Positions 22,571 to 32,058 of a stretch of 64,000 nt of DNA are shown here, piece after piece (position 1 is the first letter of the stretch; each line of letters opens with the position of its first letter). Origin of the DNA: Candidatus Aldehydirespiratoraceae bacterium (GTDB lineage: Bacteria > Actinomycetota > Acidimicrobiia > Acidimicrobiales > Aldehydirespiratoraceae); contig OZ243951.1 in NCBI GenBank assembly GCA_965214565.1, forward strand, positions 2,579,166-2,643,165, in the 5' to 3' direction. The notes under the pieces were generated by a model. It did not search any database. It was not told where the DNA came from and saw nothing but the letters and a program-made list of their open reading frames with translations. The position numbers were made by a program, and so were the translations under genes.

Positions 22571-24956
22571 GTCCTGGCTCAGGGAGTTCGCGCCTGGTAT
22601 CGACGGTGATCCGAACGAGCTGAGCGAGACCTTGAGCGCTCTCGGCTTGACCGTGGAGGAGATGACTCCCATCGGCGACATCGTCGATGGTGTGGTATTG
22701 GCGAAGGTGCTCGACCTCAGGCCCCATCCCGCAGCCGACAAGATCCAACTCGTCGATGTGGATGCCGGCGACGGAGAGGCGCTGCAGGTGTGCTGCGGGG
22801 CTTTCAACATGGCCGTCGGGGATCTGATTCCCTTCGCCGTGCCAGGGACCGTCATGGCCAACGGCTTGGAGATTAAACAACGCAAGATGCGAGGCGAAGT
22901 GTCGTCCGGGATGTGTTGCTCGGGGGCCGAGTTGGGTCTCAACGACGACCACGAGGGAATCCTCGTGCTCAACGACCGCGTGGTTTCGGGAGCTGAACTT
23001 GGAATGGACCTGGGCGCTGCCATCGGTCTGGAACCCGACGTGTTGTGGGACCTCGAGGTGAACGCCAACCGGCCCGACGCCATGTCGGTGGCTGGAGTGG
23101 CGCGCGATCTGGCCGCCGCGCTCGGTGTCTACTTCTCCTACCCGGACTACAGCGTCGACACCGACACCTACTCCGCAAACGAGAGTGCCGACGAGCTCCT
23201 GACAGTTGAGATTCTTGATCCGACACTGTGCGGACGGTTCGTTGCGACCGTGCTGCGCGGAATCATCGTGGGGACGTCGCCGCAGTGGCTCGCTGACCGG
23301 CTGGTGTTGGCGGGAATGCGTCCGCTCAACTCGATCGTCGACATCTCCAACTATGTGATGCTCGAGTTGGGTCAACCCAACCACACTTTCGATCTGGCCA
23401 CGATCCCAAACGGTCACCTGCGGGTGCGACGGGCTATGCCCGGTGAGACGCTGACGACCCTCGACGGCCTGGAACGTGAACTCACCGCCAACGACGGTGT
23501 GATCACCAACGACTCGGACCAGATCGTCAGCCTGGCGGGAGTGATGGGCGGAGCAACCACCGAGGTCTCCGAGCAGACGACCGACGTGCTGTTGGAGATG
23601 GCCTGGTGGGATCCGCCGACCATCTCGCGCACCGTCAAGCGGCTCAATCTGGTGAGCGAGGCGTCGAGCAGGTTCCGACGCGGCGCCGATTGGGGCGAGA
23701 ACATCGACCGTTCGATGCAACGCTTCATCCAGCTTGCGACACAACTCGGGGCCACTGCGGCGCCGGGGTTTGTGGACGCCGCCGGCGACACCCCTGATCG
23801 GACGCCCCTGGCTGTACGCAGCGCCAAGATCAACGGACTGCTCGGCACCGACCTGAGCGCTGCTGAGATGGCCGGGCATCTGGCTTCGATCGGCTTTGCA
23901 GCCGATGTGGTCGCGTCCGACAGCGGCACGGAGGACTTGGCTGTCACGATTCCCACATGGCGCTGGGACACCGAGACCGAGACCGATGTGGCTGAAGAGG
24001 TGGCGCGCCTGCACGGCTACGACAACATCGCCAGAACGGTTCCCAGAGGGTCCATTGCCGGGGGGCTTAGCGACTATCAGGTGCGTCGTCGTCTGGTTCG
24101 TCAGGTCCTGCTCGGGTTCGGATGCGATGAGACCTTCCCCATGCCGTTCCTGGCGCCGGGCGACCTGCTGAAGGCGGGCCTCGCCGACAACGGGGTGACC
24201 CTGACCAACCCGCTCGTCTCCGAGCAGTCGGTGTTGCGCACGTCGCTGCTTCCGGGCCAGCTCAAAGCGATCGCCTACAACCAGTCCCATCGCAGCGTGG
24301 ATGTTCGCTTCTTTGAGATCGACCACGTCTATCTGCCGCCCCCGAAAGATCAGGTGCTTCCGGACGAACATGAGCACCTCGCGGTTGCGCTGGCAGGCTC
24401 TGAAGCCCCCGAGGCGGTCGCGGCCCTCGATCTGCTCGAACGTGAGCTGGGTCTGCCGAACGTTGTTCTGCGCTCAGCGTCACCCCCCGGTTTGCACGGC
24501 ACTCGTTCTGCCGAGGTGGTGGTCGCGGGTCGAAGCGCCGGAGTGGTCGGGGAGGTTGACCCGTTGGTTCTAAAGAACTACGGAGTGACTGGGAGAGTGG
24601 CCTGGCTCGAGCTCGACCTGGGCGCTCTCCTGGGCGGACCCCGTAGAAGCCACAAGTACACGCCCGTATCGAAGTACCCGTCGAGTGACGTTGATCTGGC
24701 GTTCGAAGTCCCCGATGAGGTGGCTGCCGCGGCGGTTGAGAGTTCGCTGCGCAAGGCGGGCAAGGGTCTGCTGACCGACATCGAACTGTTCGATGTCTAC
24801 CGGGGCGAGGGTATGCCGACCGGTACTCGGAGCCTGGCTTACCGCCTGCGGTTCCAGGCTCAGGATCACACTCTGACCGATGCCGAAGTGGCCGACGTCC
24901 GCCAAGCGTGCATCGATGCAGTGTCCAAGCGTCACGGCGTGCCTCTGCGAAGCTAG
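22557..24956 (+). CDS. pheT: phenylalanine-tRNA ligase beta subunit
   Basis: 799 aa. Starts MKVTLSWLREF. Collinear tRNA-binding, B3/B4, B5 and FDX-ACB domains. Confidence 0.95.
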   Translation: MKVTLSWLREFAPGIDGDPNELSETLSALGLTVEEMTPIGDIVDGVVLAKVLDLRPHPAADKIQLVDVDAGDGEALQVCCGAFNMAVGDLIPFAVPGTVMANGLEIKQRKMRGEVSSGMCCSGAELGLNDDHEGILVLNDRVVSGAELGMDLGAAIGLEPDVLWDLEVNANRPDAMSVAGVARDLAAALGVYFSYPDYSVDTDTYSANESADELLTVEILDPTLCGRFVATVLRGIIVGTSPQWLADRLVLAGMRPLNSIVDISNYVMLELGQPNHTFDLATIPNGHLRVRRAMPGETLTTLDGLERELTANDGVITNDSDQIVSLAGVMGGATTEVSEQTTDVLLEMAWWDPPTISRTVKRLNLVSEASSRFRRGADWGENIDRSMQRFIQLATQLGATAAPGFVDAAGDTPDRTPLAVRSAKINGLLGTDLSAAEMAGHLASIGFAADVVASDSGTEDLAVTIPTWRWDTETETDVAEEVARLHGYDNIARTVPRGSIAGGLSDYQVRRRLVRQVLLGFGCDETFPMPFLAPGDLLKAGLADNGVTLTNPLVSEQSVLRTSLLPGQLKAIAYNQSHRSVDVRFFEIDHVYLPPPKDQVLPDEHEHLAVALAGSEAPEAVAALDLLERELGLPNVVLRSASPPGLHGTRSAEVVVAGRSAGVVGEVDPLVLKNYGVTGRVAWLELDLGALLGGPRRSHKYTPVSKYPSSDVDLAFEVPDEVAAAAVESSLRKAGKGLLTDIELFDVYRGEGMPTGTRSLAYRLRFQAQDHTLTDAEVADVRQACIDAVSKRHGVPLRS

Positions 24957-25004
24957 CCAGCCCATGCACACGCCGGCCCATGCACACGCCGGCCCATGCA
25001 CACA
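24957..25004. repeat. 16-nt tandem repeat x3 (ccggcccatgcacacg) immediately after the pheT stop
   Basis: Copies at 24957, 24973 and 24989. Read directly from the sequence. Confidence 0.9.
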
Positions 25005-25102
25005 TTGTCAACCAATGGTTCAGTTAGTTGCTGTCACGATTGCGCTAGACCTCCTAACGAAATCGTGCTAGCGTGTAACCGATTTTCGAGGAGAGGGGAC
25101 GG

Positions 25103-26473
25103 TTGACCGAGATTCGAGCCAAGGCTCAAGCCCACTTGGTGCCGCATTTCACGCGTGGCGATGCTTGGCAACGCGACGACTTGCTGGTCATAGACCGAGG
25201 CGAAGGCTGTTACGTCTGGGACACCGGGGGCGACGAATACCTTGACGGTCTCTCAGGGTTGTTCTGCACCAACCTCGGCCACGGTCGCAGTGACCTGACC
25301 GCGGTCGCGGCCAAACAGATGGACAAACTGGCCTTCAGTCCCACCTGGAGCTACGTCCACCCCTCGTCCATCGAAGCGTCGTCGCTGATCGCGTCGCTGG
25401 CACCCGCCGACCTCAACCGAGTGTTCTTCGTGAACTCCGGCTCAGAGGCGGTGGAATCGGCTCTCAAGTTTGCGCGTTGCTACCACTTGGCGAACGGCGC
25501 ACCGAATCGCCAGAAGGTGATAGCCCGCCGTTGGGCCTACCACGGGACCACCCTCGGCGCGCTGGCGGTGACGGGCATTCCCAATTTTCGTGACCCCTAC
25601 GAACCGATACTCGGCAGCTTCGTGCGCCATGTCGACAACACCCTCGGCTGTTCCGACCAAACAGGACCCGCCTCCGAACTGCCGTGCGTCGCCGCGGTTG
25701 AACAGGCGATCCTCGCCGAGGGTCCCGAAACGGTGGCAATGGTGATCGCCGAGCCGGTCCAGAACGGTCGGGGAGCGCTGGTCCCGCCTGACGGCTACTG
25801 GCAGGAACTGCGGCGTATCTGCGACACCCACGGCGTGCTGCTCTGCGCGGACGAGGTGATCAACGCCTTCGGTCGTCTCGGCCACTGGTTCGGCAGCGAG
25901 CGCTACGACGTCGTTCCAGACATGATCACCTTCGCCAAAGGCGTCACCAGCGCGTATGTGCCGCTCGGGGGTCTGATCGTGCGGGACCCGCTGGTCGAAC
26001 GGGTGTGGGACTCGCCCTCTGCGATGTTCGTACACGGGGCGACCTTCGGCGGCCATCCCGTAGCCACTGCGGTGGCGGTGGCCAACATGAACGCCATGCG
26101 CGACGAAAAAGTCTTCGACGGCGTGCTGGCCAACGAGGAACGTCTAGTCAGTGGCCTGCGCGCGTTGATGGAGTCCCACGCCTGCGTCTCCGACGTGCGG
26201 GGGACCGGCTACTTCTGTGCCGTGGAATTGATGCGTGACCGTGCCGCCGGCATCCATCTCACCGACACAGAGTTCGCTGAACTGTTACCGGGAGGTGTTC
26301 TGGAACGATTCGTGCGCGAGGCGCGCGTTCTGGTCCGGCCCGACTCTAGAGGCGCCGCCATGTTGGCGGTTGCGCCGCCGCTGGTGGCAGATGCCACCGT
26401 GATCGACGACCTGCTCGCGCGGGTCGACCAAGTGCTCGACCGCGTGGGCGGTTGGCTGAAGGTCTCAACATGA
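25103..26473 (+). CDS. class III (omega) aminotransferase; by context a candidate taurine:pyruvate aminotransferase
   Basis: 456 aa. Aspartate aminotransferase-family fold III pattern (FVNSGSEAVE, DEVI.AFGRLG, TFAKG). First gene of the block that also contains tauABC-like genes, pta and xsc. Confidence 0.8.
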   Translation: MTEIRAKAQAHLVPHFTRGDAWQRDDLLVIDRGEGCYVWDTGGDEYLDGLSGLFCTNLGHGRSDLTAVAAKQMDKLAFSPTWSYVHPSSIEASSLIASLAPADLNRVFFVNSGSEAVESALKFARCYHLANGAPNRQKVIARRWAYHGTTLGALAVTGIPNFRDPYEPILGSFVRHVDNTLGCSDQTGPASELPCVAAVEQAILAEGPETVAMVIAEPVQNGRGALVPPDGYWQELRRICDTHGVLLCADEVINAFGRLGHWFGSERYDVVPDMITFAKGVTSAYVPLGGLIVRDPLVERVWDSPSAMFVHGATFGGHPVATAVAVANMNAMRDEKVFDGVLANEERLVSGLRALMESHACVSDVRGTGYFCAVELMRDRAAGIHLTDTEFAELLPGGVLERFVREARVLVRPDSRGAAMLAVAPPLVADATVIDDLLARVDQVLDRVGGWLKVST

Positions 26474-26504
26474 GACCACGGAATATCCATTGGAGGGTAA
26501 TCAA

Positions 26505-28535
26505 ATGAAGAGACTACTGGTATTGCTTATGGTGCTCGGCCTCATTGCCGCGGCCTGCGGCGACGACGACTCCGCCGACGGCGGCGACGACGGCGGCACA
26601 ACGACTCCCGAAGAAACCGGTGACGACGGCGACGACGGCGATATGGGTCTCGATGAGTTGAACGTGGCGTACTTCTTGGAGTGGCCGACCGCGAATCAGG
26701 TGGCTCAGGCCGAACAGACTTATGACGCTGAGCTGGGTCTGACTGTGAACTGGATCCCGTTCGCGTCGGGTGGTGACATGGCTCAGGCGATGGAGGCCGG
26801 CGACATCGACATCTCCTATTCGCAGGGTCTGACGCCGTTCGCGAACTTCGTGACCGGTGGGTCCGACCTGCTGTTGGTCGGTGTGGCGGTGACCTATGCC
26901 GACGCCGACAACTGCGTCGCGGGAGCCGACTATGACATAACTGCTGACAACGCCGCGGAGACTCTGGTAGGCCAGAGCATCTATACGCCGTTGGGCAACG
27001 TCACGCATTTCAAGTTGTTGAAGATGCTCGAGCATCTCGGAGTGGACTCCTCGTCTGTGGAGTTGATCCAGTCTGAGGGTGGTCCTGCTGCTGTTGCGGC
27101 TCTGGACTCCGGTGATGTGGCCATGGCCTGTGCGTTCGGCGGCGCTGTCAACCAGATGATCGCCAATGGCGGCAATCTGGTGATGACCGGTGCGGAGCAG
27201 GAGGCCATCGGTATCCGTGTGTTCGACATCATCTCGACCACCGGCGACTTCGCCCAGGCGCATCCCGACATCGTTACTGCATTCCTGCAGGTGACCGAGG
27301 ACGCCAACCGGGCCTACAACGCGGACCGTACGCCGTTCATCGACACGATCGCTGAGGCGGCCGGCATGGATCGTGAACCCACGATTGCTCTGCTCGACGC
27401 ATTCACTTTCCCCGAAAAGGAAGCGCAACTCTCTGATGCCTGGTTGGGCGGCACGGTGCAGTCCACCATGAAGGAGCAGATGGACTTCTTCGTGGCCCAG
27501 GGAGAGATCGAATCGGCACTGCCGAGCTACGACTCCTTCGTCGACACCAGCTTCCTCGAAGCCGTTGAAGGTGGCGCAAGCATGGGCGACGACGTCGAGG
27601 AGATGATGGTCCCTGATGAGTTGAATGTGGCGTACTTCTTGGAGTGGCCGACCGCGAATCAGGTGGCTCAGGCCGAACAGACTTATGACGCTGAGTTGGG
27701 TCTGACTGTGAACTGGATCCCGTTCGCGTCGGGTGGTGACATGGCGCAGGCGATGGAGGCCGGCGACATCGACATCTCCTATTCGCAGGGTCTGACGCCG
27801 TTCGCGAACTTCGTGACCGGTGGGTCCGACCTGCTGTTGGTCGGTGTGGCGGTGACCTATGCCGACGCCGACAACTGTGTGGCCCATCCTGACTACGGCA
27901 TCACCGCTGACAACGCCGCGGAGACTCTGGCGGGCCAGAGCATTTATACGCCGCTTGGTAATGTCACGCATTTCAAGTTGTTGAAGATGCTTGAGCATCT
28001 CGGAGTGGACTCCTCGTCTGTGGAGTTGATCCAGTCTGAGGGTGGTCCTGCTGCTGTTGCGGCTCTGGACTCCGGTGATGTGGCCATGGCCTGTGCGTTC
28101 GGCGGCGCTGTCAACCAGATGATCGCCAATGGCGGCAATCTGGTGATGACCGGTGCGGAGCAGGAGGCCATCGGCATCCGTGTGTTCGACATCATCTCGA
28201 CCACCGGCGACTTCGCGGATGAGTACCCCGGGGTGGTGGCCGCATTCCTGCAGGTGACCGAGGACGCCAACCGGGCCTACAACGCGGACCGGTCGCCGTT
28301 CATCGACACGATCGCTGAGGCGGCCGGCATGGATCGTGAACCCACGATTGCTCTGCTCGACGCGTTCGCTTTCCCCGAAAAGGACGTGCAGCTGTCTGAT
28401 GCCTGGTTGGGCGGCACGGTGCAGTCCACCATGAAGGAGCAGATGGACTTCTTCGTGGCCCAGGGCGAGATCGACTCGGCACTGCCGAGCTACGACTCCT
28501 TCGTCGACACCAGCTTCCTCGAAGCCGTCGAATAG
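26505..28535 (+). CDS. lipoprotein, tandem double substrate-binding protein of the NitT/TauT (TauA/SsuA-like) ABC family
   Basis: Signal peptide with lipobox (LGLIAAAC). GGAGGG lies upstream of ATG 26505. Two ~306-aa SBP modules of about 95% amino-acid identity. Confidence 0.8.
   Translation: MKRLLVLLMVLGLIAAACGDDDSADGGDDGGTTTPEETGDDGDDGDMGLDELNVAYFLEWPTANQVAQAEQTYDAELGLTVNWIPFASGGDMAQAMEAGDIDISYSQGLTPFANFVTGGSDLLLVGVAVTYADADNCVAGADYDITADNAAETLVGQSIYTPLGNVTHFKLLKMLEHLGVDSSSVELIQSEGGPAAVAALDSGDVAMACAFGGAVNQMIANGGNLVMTGAEQEAIGIRVFDIISTTGDFAQAHPDIVTAFLQVTEDANRAYNADRTPFIDTIAEAAGMDREPTIALLDAFTFPEKEAQLSDAWLGGTVQSTMKEQMDFFVAQGEIESALPSYDSFVDTSFLEAVEGGASMGDDVEEMMVPDELNVAYFLEWPTANQVAQAEQTYDAELGLTVNWIPFASGGDMAQAMEAGDIDISYSQGLTPFANFVTGGSDLLLVGVAVTYADADNCVAHPDYGITADNAAETLAGQSIYTPLGNVTHFKLLKMLEHLGVDSSSVELIQSEGGPAAVAALDSGDVAMACAFGGAVNQMIANGGNLVMTGAEQEAIGIRVFDIISTTGDFADEYPGVVAAFLQVTEDANRAYNADRSPFIDTIAEAAGMDREPTIALLDAFAFPEKDVQLSDAWLGGTVQSTMKEQMDFFVAQGEIDSALPSYDSFVDTSFLEAVE
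26652..28532 (+). repeat. intragenic direct duplication, period 963 bp (copy 1 26652-27571, copy 2 27615-28532)
   Basis: GATGAGTTGAA(C/T)GTGGCGTACTTCTTGGAGTGG recurs at 26652 and 27615. Long stretches between the copies are identical. Confidence 0.95.
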
Positions 28536-28656
28536 AAACCTCCTGACCACAGCCGGGCGGCCGTAGTCGACACAGACCAGTCGGCAACGGTTGCCCGGTT
28601 AGGGTCAGCCAAGCAATAATCGCCGCGGGCCAACATGTGGCCAGAAGGGGGATTAC

Positions 28657-30027
28657 GTGGATTCGATCGTTCAAGGTCTGGCCGATGTATACGACGTCAT
28701 CACCTATGTGATCGCCCGGGGTGCCTACTGGCTGTCGGTCGCGTTCTTCGTGTTGGCAGCGGTCGGCGCAGCACTGATGTTCATTGATCTGCTGAAAACT
28801 CCCTCACGGCGCTTCCTAGACGCAGACCACGCCGCGAAGCCCAGCGACGGCATCGTATTGATCGGCCAGCTCATGGCGGGAATGTCGCTTGTCGGCGGAG
28901 TCGTGCTGGTGTTCCGCGACACCGCTTCGCCGTGGCAACCAGCAGCGGCCCTGCTCGGTGGAGCGGCGCTGCTCACTCTCCTGTTGGTGTACAGACGAAC
29001 TGACGAATCCAAACAGGCCGGGATCGTCCGGTACGTCTGGCTCGCCCTCGCCGTCGCCGCAGTGGTGGCCGTGATCTTGGCGTACATGCAGCGCGAAGAC
29101 TCTTCCATCCCTTTCCTCGGCCTGCTCTTGGCGGTGTTCGTGCTGGCCCGAGCCTGGTTCTCGTTGGCTCGTCCCGAAGTCCACTTCGACCCGTCCCAGG
29201 TGGAGGTCGCGCGTGAGTCCAAGACCGAGAGTCCGCTTGTGGTCGAACAGCTCGGAATGGTCTACGAACTGCCCGACGGCGGCAGTGTGGAGGCCCTCAA
29301 GGACGTGACGTTCACGCTTGAGCCCGGACGCCTGCTCACCCTGCTCGGGCCGTCGGGGTGCGGTAAGACCACTCTGCTCAACATTCTCGCCGGTTTCCTG
29401 GCCCCCACCGCCGGCGAGGCGAAGCTCGGCAACGATGTGATCACCGGTCCCAGCCAGGAACGGGGCATGGTGTTCCAGCAGGGGGCGCTGTTCGAGTGGC
29501 TCACCGTCAACGACAATGTCGGTTTCGGAGCTCGTATGAACGGCCGGTCCCGGCCTGCTTCCCGGGAGGCGGTGCAGGACCTGCTTCGCATAGTCGGCCT
29601 GTCGGAATTTGGGGAGAAGGCGGTCTACGAACTCTCTGGAGGCATGCAACAGCGTGTGGCGCTGGCCCGCTGCCTCGCCAACGACCCCAAGATCATCCTC
29701 ATGGACGAGCCGCTCGGCGCGCTCGACGCTCTGACCCGCGAGAAGATGCAGAGTCTGGTTCTCAACCTGTGGAACGAGACCGGCAAGACCATCGTGCTGG
29801 TCACCCACAGCGTCGAGGAGGCGCTGTATCTGGGCGATCAGCTGTTTGTCATGGCCCCGCGCCCCGGTCGTATAGAACGGGTCTACGACCTGCCGTTCGC
29901 TCAGCAGGCGCTGACCGCGGACGCCCGAGAACTGAAGACCTCCCCCGAGTTCATTGCGACGCGAGAGGAGATCCTGTCGATGATCTGGGAGATGGAGGAG
30001 CAGATCATGGGAACGGGAGGCCAGTGA
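28657..30027 (+). CDS. ABC transporter ATP-binding protein (TauB/SsuB-like) with a ~190-aa N-terminal hydrophobic extension
   Basis: Walker A GPSGCGKTT, signature LSGGMQQR and Walker B ILMDEP. The N-terminal part has about 5 hydrophobic segments in the same ORF. Confidence 0.85.
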   Translation: MDSIVQGLADVYDVITYVIARGAYWLSVAFFVLAAVGAALMFIDLLKTPSRRFLDADHAAKPSDGIVLIGQLMAGMSLVGGVVLVFRDTASPWQPAAALLGGAALLTLLLVYRRTDESKQAGIVRYVWLALAVAAVVAVILAYMQREDSSIPFLGLLLAVFVLARAWFSLARPEVHFDPSQVEVARESKTESPLVVEQLGMVYELPDGGSVEALKDVTFTLEPGRLLTLLGPSGCGKTTLLNILAGFLAPTAGEAKLGNDVITGPSQERGMVFQQGALFEWLTVNDNVGFGARMNGRSRPASREAVQDLLRIVGLSEFGEKAVYELSGGMQQRVALARCLANDPKIILMDEPLGALDALTREKMQSLVLNLWNETGKTIVLVTHSVEEALYLGDQLFVMAPRPGRIERVYDLPFAQQALTADARELKTSPEFIATREEILSMIWEMEEQIMGTGGQ

Positions 30028-31088
30028 TGGCTGAAGGTCCTGGAGGGCACGCACTCAAAGACAACATCGACCAACAGGCCAAACAGTCGAACTGGCCGTT
30101 CAACTGGATGTTCCAGAAGAAGGGGGCGAGTGCCCGCAAGACCGTGACGTTCGGCGACGCCTCCGAGGTGAGCGGCGCGCTGCCGTGGACTGTGGTCAGT
30201 CTGGTCGTGATTCTGCTGGTGTGGTTCCTGGCGACGACGGTCTGGGGCCTGCCGTCTGAATGGGTGGACTACGGAGACGAAGTGCGTGCCGGTCTCACTG
30301 AGGATGAGCGCTACCGCCAGCGTGACCTGCTTCGCGACTGCGACAAGGCAGCCGACGACCCCTCAGAATTCCCGGGACTCCCACCCTGTTCGTACACCCA
30401 GTGGCTCAGCGAATCGACCCTTCCCCACCCACTGCAGGTGTGGGACGCGACCTGGGACTTTGCTCGCAACGGCTATAGCGGATTCACGCTTTGGCAACAC
30501 CTGTGGGTGAGCTTCAGCCGTCTGGCGAAGGGCCTGTTCTGGGGGGTGGCCATCGGTGTGCCCATCGGGTTGGCCATGGGCCTGTCGAATCGCTGGCGGG
30601 GCGTGTTCGACCCGGTGGTCGAACTGCTGCGGCCGATACCCCCTCTGGCTCTGATCCCGTTGTTCATTGTGTGGTTCGGAATCGGCGAGGAAGGCAAGGT
30701 CAACCTGCTGCTGTTCGCGGCCGTCTGGATCATGGTCATCGCGGCGCGCTCGGGGGTGCTCGCGGTCAACACCACCAAGGTTCATGCCGCCTATTCTCTG
30801 GGCGCGTCGAAGGCTCAAGTGTTGCGTCACGTGATCCTGCCCAACGCGCTGCCTGAGATCTTCACGGGGTTGCGCGTGGCGATCGGTGTGTGCTGGGGCA
30901 CTCTGGTTGCTGCTGAACTGCTCGGTGCCAGTTCCGGACTCGGTTTCACGATCTTCAAGGCCCGCCAGTTCTTCCTGCTCGACCTAATGCTGTCGGCGGT
31001 GATCCTCATCAGCATTCTGGGCGTGAGCATGGATGTGGCCATGCGCATGGCCGAGAAGAGGTTGATCCCCTGGCGGGGGAAGGGCTGA
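30027..31088 (+). CDS. ABC transporter permease (TauC/SsuC-like, BPD_transp_1)
   Basis: The start overlaps the upstream stop (TGATG). Contains an EAA-like loop (YSLGASKAQVLRHVILPNALPEI). Confidence 0.85.
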   Translation: MAEGPGGHALKDNIDQQAKQSNWPFNWMFQKKGASARKTVTFGDASEVSGALPWTVVSLVVILLVWFLATTVWGLPSEWVDYGDEVRAGLTEDERYRQRDLLRDCDKAADDPSEFPGLPPCSYTQWLSESTLPHPLQVWDATWDFARNGYSGFTLWQHLWVSFSRLAKGLFWGVAIGVPIGLAMGLSNRWRGVFDPVVELLRPIPPLALIPLFIVWFGIGEEGKVNLLLFAAVWIMVIAARSGVLAVNTTKVHAAYSLGASKAQVLRHVILPNALPEIFTGLRVAIGVCWGTLVAAELLGASSGLGFTIFKARQFFLLDLMLSAVILISILGVSMDVAMRMAEKRLIPWRGKG

Positions 31089-31098
31089 TCGCTTCGCT

Positions 31099-32034
31099 GT
31101 GAGCGTTCTCGAGGGTTGGTACAGCAGCGCGCGGGCGAACCCGCAGCGCATCATCCTGGCCGATGCAGACGACCGGCGGGCTGTCGGAGCGGTCGATCGG
31201 CTCAATGCACAGGGTCTGGTCGAGGCATTGGTGGCGGGCAGGGACTTCGGCTCGCTCGCCGAGATCGCCCATGATCCCGCGGAGCGCCTCGTTGAGGAAC
31301 TGGCCGGGGCAGAGACGGGACCGTGGGCCGGACGTCGTCTCGACGTTGACGATCCACTGGTGATGTCTGCGGCTCTGGTCAAGACAGGCTGGGCTGCGGG
31401 GTGCGTGGGTGGCGCGAGCCGTTCCAGCGCCGAGGTGGTGCGGGCCGGTTTGCGGGTGCTCGGGGTCGCGCCTGGGGTTGAAGCGGTGAGCAGTTGCTTC
31501 TTCTTCGTGCTGCCCGACGGCCGCGCAGTGGTCTACGGCGACTGCGGGGTGCTGCCCGATCCTGACGATCAGCAACTGGCCTCGGTGGCGATCTCGAGCG
31601 CGGCCACGTTCGCTCAACTGTCCGGCGAGGAGCCCCGTGTCGCCATGCTCTCGTTCTCAACCAAGGGGAGTGCACAACACCCGCGGGTCGACAAGGTGCG
31701 CAGCGCAACCGCGATTGCTCAGCAGGCCGCGCCAGGTCTGAAGATCGACGGCGAATTGCAGTTCGATGCGGCGTGGGTCCGAGCGGTCGGTGAGGTCAAG
31801 GCGCCCGGTTCCGAGGTTGCCGGCAGAGCCAATGTGTTCGTCTTTCCGGATCTCGACTCCGGCAACATCGCATACAAGATCACCGAACGGCTGGGCGGCG
31901 CGCTTGCTTTCGGACCTCTGCTGCAGGGGTTGAACGGTGTGTTGCATGACCTCTCGCGGGGTTGTTCTGAAGACGACATCGTCAACGTGGCGGTCATCGC
32001 CTCAATCCAAGCCTCCGCGCTGCGCTCCCTCTAA
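31099..32034 (+). CDS. pta: phosphate acetyltransferase (short PTA_PTB type)
   Basis: 311 aa. Contains FPDLDSGNIAYKI and GPLLQGL...DLSRGCS motifs. Adjacent to xsc. Confidence 0.8.
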   Translation: MSVLEGWYSSARANPQRIILADADDRRAVGAVDRLNAQGLVEALVAGRDFGSLAEIAHDPAERLVEELAGAETGPWAGRRLDVDDPLVMSAALVKTGWAAGCVGGASRSSAEVVRAGLRVLGVAPGVEAVSSCFFFVLPDGRAVVYGDCGVLPDPDDQQLASVAISSAATFAQLSGEEPRVAMLSFSTKGSAQHPRVDKVRSATAIAQQAAPGLKIDGELQFDAAWVRAVGEVKAPGSEVAGRANVFVFPDLDSGNIAYKITERLGGALAFGPLLQGLNGVLHDLSRGCSEDDIVNVAVIASIQASALRSL

Positions 32035-32058
32035 CGTCTTGGTGATAGCCTCTAACGG

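Noticed and set aside
22086-24377. 763-aa ORF antisense to pheS/pheT.
   Set aside because: It is entirely antisense to a well-supported essential gene. Its composition is Arg/Gly/His-rich and low in complexity, typical of stop-free antisense frames in high-GC DNA. It shows no family resemblance.
26514-28550. 678-aa ORF antisense to the double binding-protein gene, together with the twin 108-aa ORFs at 26981 and 27944.
   Set aside because: They mirror the sense-strand duplication. The sequence is not protein-like. This is a high-GC antisense artefact.
29496-30026. N-terminal 177 codons of the long track ORF 29496..31088.
   Set aside because: This part overlaps the ATPase gene out of frame and reads as Arg/Pro/Gly-rich nonsense. 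The permease plausibly starts at ATG 30027, which overlaps the upstream stop (TGATG).
28816-30054. 412-aa ORF antisense to the TauB-like ATPase.
   Set aside because: The sense strand has unmistakable Walker A, signature and Walker B motifs. The antisense product has no recognisable features.
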